Positions 44,221-59,492 of a stretch of DNA of 64,000 bases are shown piece after piece. The number at the start of each line of letters is the position of its first letter. Within the stretch, counting starts at the first letter, position 1. The position numbers were made by a program, and so were the translations under genes. Below the pieces are notes generated by a model that ran no database searches, was not told where the DNA came from, and worked only from the letters and a program-made list of their open reading frames with translations. This stretch comes from Octopus vulgaris (Eukaryota): contig OX597814.1 of assembly GCA_951406725.2 (NCBI GenBank), positions 121,582,001 through 121,646,000 of the forward strand. Direction: 5' to 3'.

Positions 44221-44600
44221 TTTACATGATTCAATCATTTGAATACAGCCATGCTGGAGCACCGTCTTCAGTCGAAGAAATCAACCCCAGCATTTATTCT
44301 TTGTACGCCTAGTACTAATTCTATCGACTGTTTTGCCGAACCTTTAGATTTCGTGGGCATAAATACACTAACAACGGTTACCAATCGTTGGTGGGGGAAC
44401 AAACACAATCATAAAGACACGTACACAAAAATATACATACACACGACAGGCTTGTTTCCGTCTACCAAATCCATTCACAAGGCTTTGGTCGGCCCAAGGT
44501 TATAGTAGAAAATACTTGCCCAAGTTCCCACGCAGTGAGACTGAACCCAGAACCAAGTGGTTTGGAAGAAAGCTTCTTACCACACAGCCACGCCTGTGCC
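44221..44600 (-). mobile_element. Full-length tRNA-derived SINE (CORE-type head, internal TG-rich linker, Nin-like tail)
   Basis: Minus-strand head ggcacaggcgtggctgtgtggtaagaagctt..gggttcagtctcactgcgtgggaacttgggcaagt, and tail ggtgctccagcatggctgtattcaaatgattgaa. Homologous to 62092-62416. Confidence 0.88.
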
Positions 44601-46692
44601 TATATACGTGTCTGTGTATGTGTGCGTGCGTGTGTGTATGAATACATATGCACATACATAAAAAATATATGCATATATATGCATAAAAATGTAAGTATAT
44701 ATATATATATATCTTTATCTTGATATATATATGGTATATTATACTGATATTGCAAATAACATATGGGCTAAATTATGCTATATACATTGATATCGATGCC
44801 CCAATAAAGGGATGAAATATATTTGTGTATGTTACTTAGTGTAATAGCTATCCGCGCGAATGAAGAATTATGTTGGGCCTTTCCTTCTAACAATGCTTCT
44901 ATAGGAAATCTTTAATATTGTCCTTACACATGATTTACTGAGATTATTCTAGAAATGATTCCAAACAGTGAAATTTTCTGACCAACAAACATTTTGTTCT
45001 GAGATATATTTGATTATTTACAAACGGGATTTTGGGGCTGAACATTAAACTCAATACTCACAACGCAGATGATATCGTAAATAAGCAACACTCGAAAATA
45101 TAATTTGTGAAACGTATGAGTTATCTGAAGAATTTTTACTGGCGTATTTCAGCATATACTTGCTTATTCGGTTTGTAAATCAAAGCAGCCTTTTAAAAGC
45201 GAACAAATAAACTAATATTGATATTTGACTTCTTTGTGCATACTTAAAAATATGTTGAGATTATAGTGAAAATTGTATTTATATAAATGAAAAATATTCT
45301 TTATATTTAATTGTGTTTAATATTAAATATATTTTTTCTTAAAATCATTTGGTTTCGTTACAAAATATTTTTGTATGTAACCATTAAGTTTTGTTGCAGA
45401 CAGATTTTCTTTATGATTTGGCAAATATTTCGATTTTTAAGTATTTTTAACTACAACTTTTCAATTCTTTCTTTATTTCGTTATATGTGCTGTAATCATT
45501 TCCCGTATGTGCTAACATTACATGATTTCATAGTTCAATGTTACTGAATGTGGGAGAATTTCATTTCATTTGACGTTATTTTCTATACGCCGATGTTTCC
45601 AGTTTTCCATATCGATAAAGTTTATATACGAAAGTTTTGACAAAATGAAACGGACTTTTTTCTCGGGTTGTGTTTTGATCCCTTATTTGTTACATTATTT
45701 ATCCTAATGATATTGATGTTCCCATCTGTTTTCAATGGTTGTGCTTCATTGTACTTGCGTAAATCGCTTTACCGTTTAAGTAATTTCCATATTAGTATTA
45801 ACGCCATATTCACAATATCCAACCTTGCAGTTTTGCAACATTAAATTCTCCTTATAATTAACAGTATTCAATTGTCTTCATATAAATGTTAGCCATACCT
45901 AGTCAAACTCTATAAATATACTACTTCTTGATTTAGTTGCGCTATGGCAATTTCTTTTCTGAGTTTTGCTTCAATTAGACCTATCTTTGGTATTTACGAT
46001 CTAAAGTTTTATTGCTTTACACTGTTATATATTTCGTGGTTCATTGCATTTTCCTTCTAGCTTATATTTTGTAGTTTTTCTTTAAAATGATATATTTGTA
46101 TGGCTCTCTCTATAAAGCATCTTCCTAAATTAAGAAGTATAATGGAATCCAACGATACTACTAAATTATGGTTAACTCTATTCAGATACAATGTGTTTTT
46201 GTTGTTATTCTCTATTCGTGAATAGATTGCAACAAGGAAGTAGGTATGTTGTACGAATACAGATTATTATATATACATATTAATGCTTTCCTGGTTGTTT
46301 ACATGCTGTGGGCGTAATGTTTCTCTTCTATATAATGGTTTCTACTCATTCCCTGTGATACATAATATTATACCCGCCATTTTGAGTGCATTCTACATTA
46401 AAATGGGGACTGGAGGACATTTCTTTTCTATCGTTTCAGTTTCATGCTTCTGATGGTTGGGGAGTCATTTTCTGCTTGGATATTCATATTTGAAAATTTG
46501 AGGTAAACATTAACATAACGTATATTTAAATTACATTGACACAAATGAGATCTAATACGCAACTTAATTCAGCATACGCAAATTTATTAAAATTTTTACC
46601 ATTTTCTTTATTATTTGTTTCATTGATATTCAAGAAAATTTTCCATGTCCGGTATCTGCAATATTTAAATGCAGAGAACATGATGCCGCAAT

Positions 46693-46815
46693 CTTCTTCT
46701 TCTTCTTCTTCTTCTTCTTCTTCTTCTTCTTCTTCTTCTTCTTCTTCTTCTTCTTCTTCTTCCTCTTCCTCTTCTTCTTCTCCTTCTCCTTCTTCTTCTT
46801 TTTCATCATCATCAA

Positions 46816-46894
<79 letters not shown>

Positions 46895-46955
46895 TTCTTC
46901 TTCTTCTTCTTCTTCTTCTTCTTCTTCTTCTTCTTCTCCTCCTCCTCCTTCTTCT
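46693..46955. repeat. (TCT)n-(TCA)n-(TCT)n-(CCT)n compound microsatellite
   Basis: Read directly. Confidence 0.97.
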
Positions 46956-47082
46956 TGACCTTGTCAGTTATCGTCTTCACTTTGCACCTCCAATTTTCTT
47001 CGCTTCATTTCTTTTTTCCCTATTTTTATTAATATCACTATTATAACTATTATTATCAGCATTATATATATATATATAATAG

Positions 47083-47164
<82 letters not shown>

Positions 47165-47630
47165 TTGTATAGTTGTATCAGTAGCAGAAGCAAGAACACA
47201 TGTAATCGTATTAGTTATATTGAATTGGCCAAAATCATTTAGCAACACAATACTTGCTCACCCAACAGTAACGACAAACAAGTTACGGAGAGAACTATTA
47301 CTGATATCTGATACAGTGGAAAAACAACACACTAGCAGCAGAAGTTGGAGGGACTTCACTGCCTCAAACCTGCGAATTCGTTTCTTCCATTTATGACTTT
47401 TTCGTTTGTAATGCTATTCTATGGATATGGGCGGGGGGGGGGGGATATTTACCCAAATAAACCTTAACGTCATTTTTGAATCTCCCATGAAGCATTAAGG
47501 GTGATACACTAAAATACAAATATGAGTGCATTTCATCTAATAACAGAAGTAATTATGGTGTAATGATGTTCGATACATAAGTTCTTATTTCTTTGTCATT
47601 TTTATTTCTTATATATAAAAAAATAATAAA

Positions 47631-47856
47631 TGCGCCCTTTTAAAGCCTAGTCAGACTCATTGGCCCGGTTTCCCGGTTTCTATGGTGTATGTGTTCCCCT
47701 GCTGGACGGGACGCCAGTCCATCGCAGCGTTACTCATTTTTGCCAGCTGAGAGAAATGGAGCAACGTGAAGTGAAGTGTTTTGCTCAAGAGCACAACGTG
47801 TCGCCCGGTCCGGGAATCGAAACCACAATCGTACGATCATGATGCTGACACCCTAA
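47631..47856 (-). mobile_element. tRNA-derived SINE (CORE/Meta-like family)
   Basis: Minus strand shows B-box ggtttcgattccc, then ctcttgagcaaaacacttcac and tgcgatggactggcgtcccgtccag. GC-rich relative to its flanks. Confidence 0.85.
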
Positions 47857-47986
47857 TTTCTTGTATATAGTCACCTAATTTCTTGTATATAATCTAAAAT
47901 TGGTAATCTCACATTATTCATAATATATACGTGTGTACGTGTGTGTATAGACATAGATGTATGTCTGTATAGGAATAAAATATACC

Positions 47987-48050
<64 letters not shown>

Positions 48051-48240
48051 CTATATATATACATATCAAAGTGATCCGTGGCAAACTATGGTAATGTGAA
48101 CTTCATGATGGCAAATGCTGAAAACTTGATTTACTGAAACAGCCACGGCCATTTTGGAGAAATCCATTAATATATATTGTAGTTGTCATCATCAATAACA
48201 CTGTGGCCTAACAAGCTTTCCAGTAGGGCATATGTGTGTG

Positions 48241-48304
<64 letters not shown>

Positions 48305-48323
48305 CATATACATACACTCACAC

Positions 48324-48388
<65 letters not shown>

Positions 48389-48607
48389 CGGCAAATTAGA
48401 AAGTGGAGAGGATACAAAATCGACTTTATAAATTGCCATATAAATCAAAGGTAAACCACTTTTTACCCCGGCTCATATATAACACTCGACTGCAAGATTG
48501 CCACGTAATAACTAGCACTTGCGTATGAATAACAGGTTAGACTACCTGTAGTATATTGTATAGGTACTATCCCTTAGTTGGTTTCTCAACTTCTAACTCA
48601 CACAGAA

Positions 48608-48673
<66 letters not shown>

Positions 48674-48842
48674 CTGAGTTTGTGTGATTGAGTATAGAAT
48701 AATATGTTAATCAATAAAAACCCAACATAAGTCTGATTTTCACGTAATATTGAAATAAACTGCTACTTTCGAACAGATAATTGAATGTGAAAATGAGATT
48801 TGGTTGGAATTACATTGGTTAATATTAGCTTATTTTATTTCT

Positions 48843-49035
48843 TTTACTTGTTTCAGTCACTTGACTGTGGCCATGCTGGAACATCGCCTTTAGTCAAACA
48901 AATCGTCCCCAGGATTTATTCTTTGTAAGCACTTATTCTATTGTTCTCTCTTGCCGAACCACTAGGCTGCGGTAAAGCAAACACACCATGATCAGTTGTC
49001 AAGCATCGATGGGGAGACAGAGACTTACAAAGACA
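48843..49035 (-). mobile_element. 3' half of the same SINE family as 44221-44600
   Basis: ttttacttgtttcagtcacttgactgtggccatgctggaacatcgcctttagtc...ttgccgaacc...gttgtcaagc. Confidence 0.85.
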
Positions 49036-49046
49036 TACATACATAC

Positions 49047-49123
<77 letters not shown>

Positions 49124-50166
49124 CATTTGCATGTGTGCGTGCGTTCATGTATGTGTATATATGTATAATCATATGTCTATAGATATATATGTTTATAATG
49201 CATGTATGTATGTATGTATGTATCTATGTATTTATACATGTATATGCTATATCAGTATTTTACATAAATCTCGAATACATATATAATTATCGTATAATTA
49301 ATAATGCTGTTTATATAATACATTAAACATATTTACATATTTATAATCCAATATGATGCAATTTGATGATTAAACGATGAATATTATTATAGTTAGCATT
49401 ACTATTATATCCCATAATGTTTATATGAAGTTATCTTAACATGTTTTAGGCGGACCGTAATGAAAGGTGAAAATGCATACATTTAGTAGTGTAATAATGC
49501 TCACAAGCTAGGTTGTGTGGTTGATGCATATGTGTGTATATCGGCTTCATATATCGGTGCAAATTGTACCCACTTTTATATATGTATATATGTATTTAAA
49601 ATATCTATACAGCATCGAGTAATAATTAGTCCATTCACTGAGTATAGTAAGTATACGTGATGTGTGACTTCTTAATTCACTAAACTACAATATTCATTCG
49701 CCATGATGTTTACTCAGAGGACGGTTTTTCCTTCTCTGTTACATAGTTTACGTCACTCATGTTGATCGTAACGATACTACGTTTGGCAATCGTCATTCCC
49801 AATGATGATGATGATGGTGATAATTACAAAGGTTACCATTGTGAATATTATGAGCATGTTCAAGAAATGTAAATTGCGCTGATTATGTCGATGACTTTGA
49901 TGATGCGAGTAATGAAAATGATTAGAATGATGGAAGGTGTAAATATATACATCTATATAAAATCATCGCCGAGACCTTTTGTCACTCATATCTTTAACTA
50001 ACATTTCAACTTGTTTCTGATGTAAATGAGATAATCGAGACATGACATTGCCGTAACGCATCTAAATGCGTTAAAGGAGAATGGTATTTTTCAAGACCAT
50101 AAATTAATCATTATACAAAGATTTCAGGACAGGGCAGGATTTTGCCTGTAACAAGAGAGGTAACGC

Positions 50167-50210
<44 letters not shown>

Positions 50211-50286
50211 ATGAATATGGTACTTAAGTCAGGTGCACCAGAATTTTGTACGGTGTTATCCATATAAAATCCATGGGGTGATTATA

Positions 50287-50574
50287 ATCAAAGTAAGCAA
50301 CAAGAATATCTTCGGTAATTTGGTACGATGGTTTCAGCTACATCATTTTATTAAACATTGTAAGTATTACATCAGTTTCAAAATGTTGAGCAATCATCAG
50401 CACATCAGTTTTAAAATGTTCGGCAATCATCAGCCATCCATAGCGGAACACCTCTACGAATGGCTGATGATTGCTCAACATTATAAAACTGATATAATAC
50501 TTACAATGTTTAATAAAATGATGTAGCGTGAAACGGTCGTAACAAATTAGCGAAGATATTCTTGTTGCTTACTT

Positions 50575-50578
<4 letters not shown>
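50287..50578. repeat. Foldback (palindromic, MITE-like) element with ~120-bp arms
   Basis: atcaaagtaagcaacaagaatatcttcg...catcagccat is reverse-complemented by atggctgatg...cgaagatattcttgttgcttactttgat. A 33-nt tandem duplication (50369-50401 and 50402-50434) is present in the left arm only. The element ends in (TA)n. Confidence 0.92.
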
Positions 50579-50641
<63 letters not shown>

Positions 50642-53600
50642 CTGTACATCAAAGCTAAGAAACCTCATTCATACTTTACAAATGTAAAAATCAAAGAAAA
50701 ATCTAATATGAAATACGCTATTCAAGAATTAGCACCGTAAACACTTAGAAGTAGATACTTTGAATAAGAAAACACATTCAGTAGCAATTACATTCCAAGA
50801 ATGGTTGTATATTTTTTCGCAGAGCAACTGTAAAACCTGTTGAATGATGTTGAATGTAAAATTAATGAAGATTTTTACAGAAGCCTGTAAATAACTATTT
50901 CCCCTGGTCACTGATACTCGAAATCATATACATATGAACATATATGCATATATAGATGCTCACATGCACTTATACACACATGCATATGTATACATACACA
51001 TACGTGTGTGTGTGAATATATGTATATAGATATATACATATGCATGTATGTGTGTATGTACGTATGTGGAAGAACAACGAAATGTAGTTTGGAAGATAGT
51101 AAGTTATTCAGTAAGCAGTACCAATACTAAAAGCGGTTATAAATAAGATGCACCAAGGGTTTGTGCTTTATGATATTTATATATCTACCAAATATAGATA
51201 TTATCATATTATTCTCTCATGAGGAGTCGATAAGAAAATATATTTGTCTCATGCATGCCCAAATTGACTTACACATCATACACATATTGTATGATGAAAC
51301 AATATAATATATTCCAATCTAGCGAAACTATTATCAAGTAAACAACGTTCAGGTTTCAGATGTCCGAAAACTTAAAACTAAAATATTAAGTAGCTAAAAA
51401 ATTAAGCAGCCATTTTCTCTAGAGAACAATAGAAAATAGATACCAAGGATTCAGTGTGAAATATCTCTATTGTTTGGAAGGGAAGATTGTTGAGGAATAA
51501 AATCTAAAAGTAAGCACACAGTCAAAGATAATTATATTGACTGTGTTGAGATTATCTAGCTTCGCTCTGTAAATCCCATTACTGAATTATCGTAATTATC
51601 AAACATGCAATCGAATAAATGAAATAAATAACCATTATTTCATGCAAATACATTTTTACCTCAAAAATAGGCTGAAAGTAGTTTTAAAGTTCTCTAAACA
51701 TGTAAACCTTTATATCTAGCCAGTTTCTATGACCCATGATAGATTTCTCTGAAAGTTGAAACCTATTCTATTGTGAAATTAGTGTCAATATTTTACTGGT
51801 ATATATATTGTTTTCATTGACAACACTAAGATCTAAGTGTTAGCTATGGATTAGGAACTAATTTATTTGATTGAAATAATACTTGGATATATATCCCTTG
51901 ATCATATTTCATCAACCCAAGGAGATTAAATACCCGGAATGCAAATAAATATTGGCACACAAGTCGTGAAAACCTATATATTCCTCGCACATATTTGAAC
52001 ACCAGACGAAAAGTATACAAGGTTATCTCTAGACTACAACTAAATGTTGCCAAGCAATTAATAAGGAAGTGATTTTATCAGCTGAAATTTTTGGTTACTA
52101 AGTCCATCATTAACATACATCACCTAAATTTTATTTTTTTCCTTTCATTTTTTTCTTTATATATTTCTTGGTTTAGAGAAATCAGATTAGCTTAAGTCTA
52201 CGTTTTCCTACTTCTTGTTTTATGAATATTGTTATATATAAAATTCATATATGCAATATCTTATTTTTCTTCAGATTTGGTTTTGCTTTACAGTGTATCA
52301 GAAATATGCTAGAGTTATATCAACTAGCCTGTTCTATAATCACAATATTTTTAGTAATTATTTTGATTAGCATGTCTTTTAAAACTATTTTATTACAGAA
52401 TTAATTTTTAATTATGAAAGAACGAATTCGTGAATATAGTGTGTTCAAATATATTGTAATTTACGTGTGAGAGTAAGTGTAATTAAAATAAACTACATAT
52501 TTAATTAAACGCAGATTCATACAACAAAAAAACTATTTAGTTAGCATTCTTAATAATACATATGACATGGTAGTGTTTTAATTATCAACTACAGACTTTC
52601 AGAGAAGAAATTTGTAATTTGAGCTTGAAATTCACAATATGTAAAGTGCGTGAGCAGTATGTTTTACTATGGTTATGTAAACATGTTTCATCGTTATTTA
52701 AGTACATTGCGTGTTAAAATGTTGCCGGGTGGACAAGTTTCTTTTTAATCAAACTGATCTTCATAAAATGATACTAAATTACGTACTTAAGTTAATACAC
52801 GTGTCTACTGAAATCTATCTAAACTTTTATTTATTGATTATTTGAGAAACGACTTCCTTGCTATCATTGTTTTCCATCACTTTTCACTCGAAACGTACCA
52901 GTAATATACAATACTCTTTAGAAGAAGAGCGAGTTATTATAGCTTTGAAATATATAAGCAAACACATTCTTTTCATTTATTCAATTTAGCTCGTTATTCG
53001 GTCTTTTAGCTGTTTTCTCTCTTGATTATTCGTTTATATGTCCCTTATTTCTTCCCCTCTTTTGAAAATTTTCCTTACTTTCTTTTCCAATTTCCCATCT
53101 ACACCTATCATCTAAAATCAGTCACCGGAATTTGTTTTTTAATTAGCTTTCTTATTTCATTATTATTTTTTGGCGTCTATTTTCCCACAGACACTTTAAT
53201 CTCCACTGGTTTTATTTAAACGAAATTACATCTCTCCATCTATTTAGCTTGAAAATTAATGAAAAATTAAATGAAAACTCCGGATAGTAATTCACATATT
53301 GAATTATATTCAATAAATGCAAGATACTTAAAAAAAGTAAGACAATACTATTTGTTGAGCTTTTAAACTTGCCTATGCGGCATTCATTTCGTAAAGTTTT
53401 CGCACAACTGCTTTTTATGATCTACCTAACATCACTGCACAAACGAGTAGAATACAGAACACTACAATAGAAGCTATTTTTATAATCCCAAGTATAGTAG
53501 CGCACGAGTGCACTACTATATTTTTGCAGAAGTGTAGATTGAATAAATTAAACACGATCTGGATCACTACTCGTCAAAATTCAGCTTTCATAATTTAAAG

Positions 53601-54674
53601 TATAGGATACATCTAATTCTTTGACTAAGATTTTAATAATGTAATAAGGATTATTTGTGTTCGATCATTAACAAATTGTTATAGATAAACTGATGCCATC
53701 ACTTCAAAGATTGTATAGACTCAAGTATAAGTCTACACTCATGTGAATATATATGTATTCTTTTATACGTTTCAGCCTTGAGGCTGAGGCCTTGTTGGCC
53801 TTGCTTTCACTGTCCTGTTTTTGTCACCAATCTTGACACTCCGCAAGATCGCAAATTTTATTTAATTTGCTTTGAAGAAGAAACTGTTTTATCGAAAGCG
53901 TAGGCGTATCTTGTCGTGAATTGTTTAAAATATGGATTGGAAAAACAGCCGACAACTGATAAAAGGTCTTTCCTTATGTTGCTTGTCTTGTTTTCCATTT
54001 GCTTCTTTCGTTGGTTGCAAAAAGAAGCCCTTCGTACTTCGTATTTGTTGTTGTTTACGTTTTATGACGTCATATATGTATATGTATATAGGTATACATG
54101 TAAGAATGTACATATACGTATGTATATATGTATATATATATATATATATATACGTGTGTAGGTGTTTAGAAATATAGATAGGTATGTAGGTAGGTATTTT
54201 CGTAGCCGTGTGGGAGAATCACAAATTGTATTTAAATTTGCTAACTTCTTAAAGCATCGCATTTTAAAATGTAGACATTACATCAAATCTTCCATAAAGT
54301 CATTGATACACACTGTTTATGCATAAAATATTTATTAAGTATTTAATCTAACGGCTGCGTTTTACACGTTATGCAAATTAATCATACACTTTCAATTAGC
54401 ATTTAGTTTGTGTATGACTTAAATATAAGTAGCAAAGTTGTACTTTTTACTGGTAGAAATTTTGAAATTAGCACGCTTTCTAACGTGTTACAAATTCGAT
54501 CTAATATGTATCAGTTATATTTATTGTTCTTCTGTGTGAAGAGAACACTAAAAATATAATTCTATAATTATAAATGTGTGTGTGTGTGAGCGTGCATGTG
54601 TGTCCATACAATTATATATGTCTACATATGTATATATGTCTCTCTCTCACTCTCTCACACTCTCTCTCCCTGTA

Positions 54675-54724
<50 letters not shown>

Positions 54725-54881
54725 AATATTTATACAGAGAGAGAAAGAGGGAGGTAGAGAGAGAAAGAAAGAGAGAAGGGGAAGAGAGATAAAATGAGAA
54801 AGACAGAAAAACAGCTGTATTGCATTACCTATCTCATTCAACATAAACTTATTCGTCTCTACATCTATACGTGCATGTATG

Positions 54882-54930
<49 letters not shown>

Positions 54931-54984
54931 GTAAATATATATATACATACAATTGTTCGTTTGTTTTCCACGTATCGTTATATC

Positions 54985-55016
<32 letters not shown>

Positions 55017-55070
55017 TATGTATATATATATATATATATATATGTTATTAATTATTATTATTATTATTAT

Positions 55071-55114
<44 letters not shown>

Positions 55115-56928
55115 TTATTTTTAAGTTTTACTCTTAAATGCTGCATTCTGCAATCTGGTTCTAATATTTCTGATACAATATTGGATTCCAAGAACTTCAC
55201 TCCCAGTATGTTTTGCTTAGGTCCTTTCTTTTTTTATTGTTGTTGTCAGTCTTATGAGTGAGCACTGATTCAATCTTTGTGATCTGTAGTAAATTAAAAC
55301 ACATTGTTGCGAACAATTTAAATGCAATAGACATTTATGTCGAGTATCCTGTCAGATGTGATGCCCATAGATATTCTCAGTTGTCCGTTTCAGAACACCT
55401 AGGTTAACCAGTACGTGCAGATGATGAGCATTATCTTATCATCCTGTACTCGACTTAGGGTGCTTTTCTCGATCCCAGATGGATTGAAACTCAGACATAA
55501 ATGTCTGCGACTTTATTACGTAATGCAAATTAATTTACTCGCTAACGATTGTCAATTTACTGCCTCTATTATAAAACGGATTTTTACATCAGATCGTCCA
55601 GCAACGATAGCTAATGTTACCTTTACTAGTTCTTCTCCATAATAAATAGTAGATTACTATTTTCACAATCTTTGCTTAAAGCTGTCGCCTGTTTTAATGA
55701 AATATATGCTGTATGTAACGATACTAAACATCTGAAGCTTATTTCTTCTAGCTTCAGTCATCTTCTTCATTATGAAATTTGATCGGCTGCTGCTTCTTTC
55801 GTTGTCGTACATTACAACTTCCATTGTGATGCACACATGTACATATTAATGGAGGAAATATAGAAATGAAAGTCTTCCTTTATAAAGTTTTAATAAGTTG
55901 GTGTTTGTGATATATGTTTTCAATATCTATGAGACATGTTGGGGGATTATATCTGTTGGGTTTCGGAATGAAATAGTACTGTGTGAAAGAAAAGTGAACC
56001 AGGAATTAAAGATAAAAACAAATCCTAATCAAGAACAGTTGCACTTGACAGTTTAGCATTTTATAACCGCGAAGGGCATCTCAGCATTTTAATACATACA
56101 GATGTAAAAAGGGGTTTCAGATATTGATATTTATTGTGGAGGAGTCTAAGAATGATAAGCAATTTATACCAGAACTGCTGAGTTATTACCATGAGGACGG
56201 CAGACAAACCTCTTTGCGTTTAATTACGAAGAGGGATGAAAAATCTGCATTACAAGATTTTAGAGGAAGTAATTGCTGGTTCTGCATCGCAATAAATTAT
56301 TAATTTCAGATACAGATTATCGACATGTAAAATATTGCATTTACATTGGAAATTATTGAATTTGGATGGTTTTAGGTGATAAATAATAGTTTCGTTCACA
56401 GATATATGCGAGTACTTTACTTCAATCCACGTGACAATTTCGAATATACTACAAATGACTAACTATAATAGCCACCACTGTTCATGTCATTCTTCTTTCA
56501 ATGTAGTGCATTTAAAATAAATGATATCGTTGTAAAATATACGAATGCAGATGCATTTATGCACTTGGTTCTCTTAATTTAGGATAGCATATCCTCTGCT
56601 AGTGTTGTACACAAGCAAAGTCAGCTAATATTTGCCATACTCAAATTTATACATGTGTGGAAACAGAAGCAGATAGAACCATTGATTGATACTTATACAC
56701 TTATGCGAAAATGGTTTCATAATAAATATAGATATGAATGGATTCATGTATATGTATAAATGGACCAGTATATTGCAGTATAAAAACACACAGAGGCACA
56801 AGCATTCGCACATACGCGCATCGACAATTGAACAAATGAGTGTGTATATACACACATAAATATATTTATAGATACATACAAATATATATTTATATACACA
56901 TATAAATACATATATACATATATATGTG

Positions 56929-56959
<31 letters not shown>

Positions 56960-57808
56960 CACATATATATATTATATATATATACATATATATATATACT
57001 ATATATTATATAGCATATATATGTATGTGATCGCATTAAGGCAGGAAGTCATTATACTAAAAAATGTGGACCAAACTAAATTATATAAATATTTTAGGTT
57101 GACCCTCACATTATCAACCACATCGCAATACACTTATATCTGCAGCATATCTATATTTTGTTTTAGACAGTTCGTCACAAGTTACGGAGAAATTTTTACC
57201 TAAGTTCACACACCCTACTGAAAAAGACTTACCGATAATTTCGAACAAATTTCACGAGTTAAAGAATAAAGAACTAAAGAATTAAATGAATTAAAAAGAG
57301 AAAATAATGAAAAATACAAAAAATTAATAATGAAAAATGTACAAAGTTTTCAGTAAAACATTTCTAATTAAGTATGTATGTGTATACATCTCAATATATA
57401 TGTATATATATATATCTATATGTATATGCAATTAAATTCACAAATAGTAGAAAAAATTCTCAATACAACGGTGGAGTGAAAATAAGCGCAGAAACAGGCT
57501 TCTCATCTTAATTGTAAAATAAATAATTTTATATAAAATTTAAATCATACAAAAATGTATATGCCACACATAGATACATGCACACACAAACACACACACA
57601 CATATACATCCACTCAATAATAGCCAGTTAAATTTTAAATGTTTCTCTACAAGATGTATTGAGTACTTCTTCACCAGTTCAAGATAATCAATATACATTA
57701 TATACATAAATATATATACATATATACTTACATACACACATGTATATATGTATATATATATATATATATATATGCGTGTGTGTGTATGTGTATACATATA
57801 TACATATA

Positions 57809-57910
<102 letters not shown>

Positions 57911-58349
57911 CACACATACATACATGTTTTAAATATATATCTATTTATAGTAACATATACACATATACGTCTTCAGATCTGAAGCTGCTTGTTTAACTGA
58001 AGCTGAGGGAGTAAATGGATATATAAATGAGATAATATAGTGCATACATTATTATTTTAAAAATTAGTATATATATATATAGTTTTAACAAATTGAAATA
58101 ATAGATAAATATTATTTCCAAATAATAATCATCAAATTATCATGCTACCTTAATTATATGATCAAATATAACTACTTACATAAATGGCTATATATACATA
58201 TGCGCCTGAGTGTGTTTGCATGTGTGTACGTGTTTATCTATGTGTGTAAAAACATAGCTAAACTGTGCAAAATATACAAAGATATATTATATAAGTAAAT
58301 ATAATTTATGGTATCATCATTTACTCTTATATACTCCACATCTACATAA

Positions 58350-58402
<53 letters not shown>

Positions 58403-58463
58403 CATATATACGGGCATATAATTATGTGTTACTTTCTGTGTGTATAAACATATCTATATTATA

Positions 58464-58542
<79 letters not shown>

Positions 58543-58623
58543 TATATACATATGTGTATTTCCATGTATATATATAAATATATAGAGTATATTGAGATGT
58601 ATATATATATTAAATATATATAA

Positions 58624-58655
<32 letters not shown>

Positions 58656-58741
58656 AGATATATATATGCATATGTATATACAAATATATAAATATATATA
58701 TATTCCTATATATACAGACAGCACATATATATATGCTAGGG

Positions 58742-58820
<79 letters not shown>

Positions 58821-58874
58821 CATGTGTAATTACGAAAATATCAGCATGTAATTTCTGGACTGCTCATAAAGATA

Positions 58875-58916
58875 TCATTTCTCAAAGAGAATTACTGGAA
58901 CTTGTCTCCGACTTGC
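58875..58916 (-). CDS. Read-through short C-tail ([13 protein letters not shown]) if the GC donor at 58916 is not used
   Basis: In-frame continuation of the M4 exon to TGA at 58875-58877. Confidence 0.4.
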   Translation of the reverse strand, partial: ASRRQVPVILFEK

Positions 58917-59057
58917 CTTGTTTTTTCTTGACCTCATTTTTGAATGAAATAAGTATTCCAAGAGAGCAACGAGCATAGCGGCTACCAGGCCCGCTATGAG
59001 GATATGAAATATTCCGGACACATTACTCAATCGAAGTGCACTGGTCTTTGAAGATTC
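58917..59057 (-). CDS. Exon of an AMPA-like ionotropic glutamate receptor: pre-M4 linker, M4 helix and proximal C-tail
   Basis: Acceptor ttctttttaacttctcattgcag precedes 47 codons: [47 protein letters not shown]. This closely matches vertebrate GluA2 [45 protein letters not shown]. The exon ends at AAG|GCAAGT, or reads through to TGA at 58875-58877. Confidence 0.93.
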
Positions 59058-59449
59058 CTGCAATGAGAAGTTAAAAAGAATTAAAATGTTTTAACGTTGA
59101 TATACTTTTTTTTACTTTTCATAAATGTGGTATATATGTACGTTTATATGTATTTGTATTTCCTTTCGCCCATCTTATCTATCTATATCTTCTATCGTTG
59201 GTCTTTTACTGGTATCAGCAATTAGACTGCAGCTATGCTGTGATTTATCAGTCATCACTGTTGAACTTCGATTTTAAGCGAAACTAGATTAGTATGGTTA
59301 TCTCGTTGGCTGTGTGGATGTCATATTCTTATCAGTGCATAGTTGTATGTTTCGTTGCGGTTGTAAGGGTTTTTAACTCTCATTTCTAGCAATGTAGGTG
59401 GTACGATACACCATCAGTCACAATTAGTGACAAGTGAAATTTTCCTTTT

Positions 59450-59492
<43 letters not shown>

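Noticed and set aside
50233-50526. 97-aa ORF with an internal repeat
   Set aside because: It lies within the foldback element, and the peptide repeat is simply the 33-nt duplication.
53493-53520. 13-bp palindrome tatagtagcgcac-ga-gtgcactactata
   Set aside because: Short and isolated, with no Helitron CTRR end or other supporting structure.
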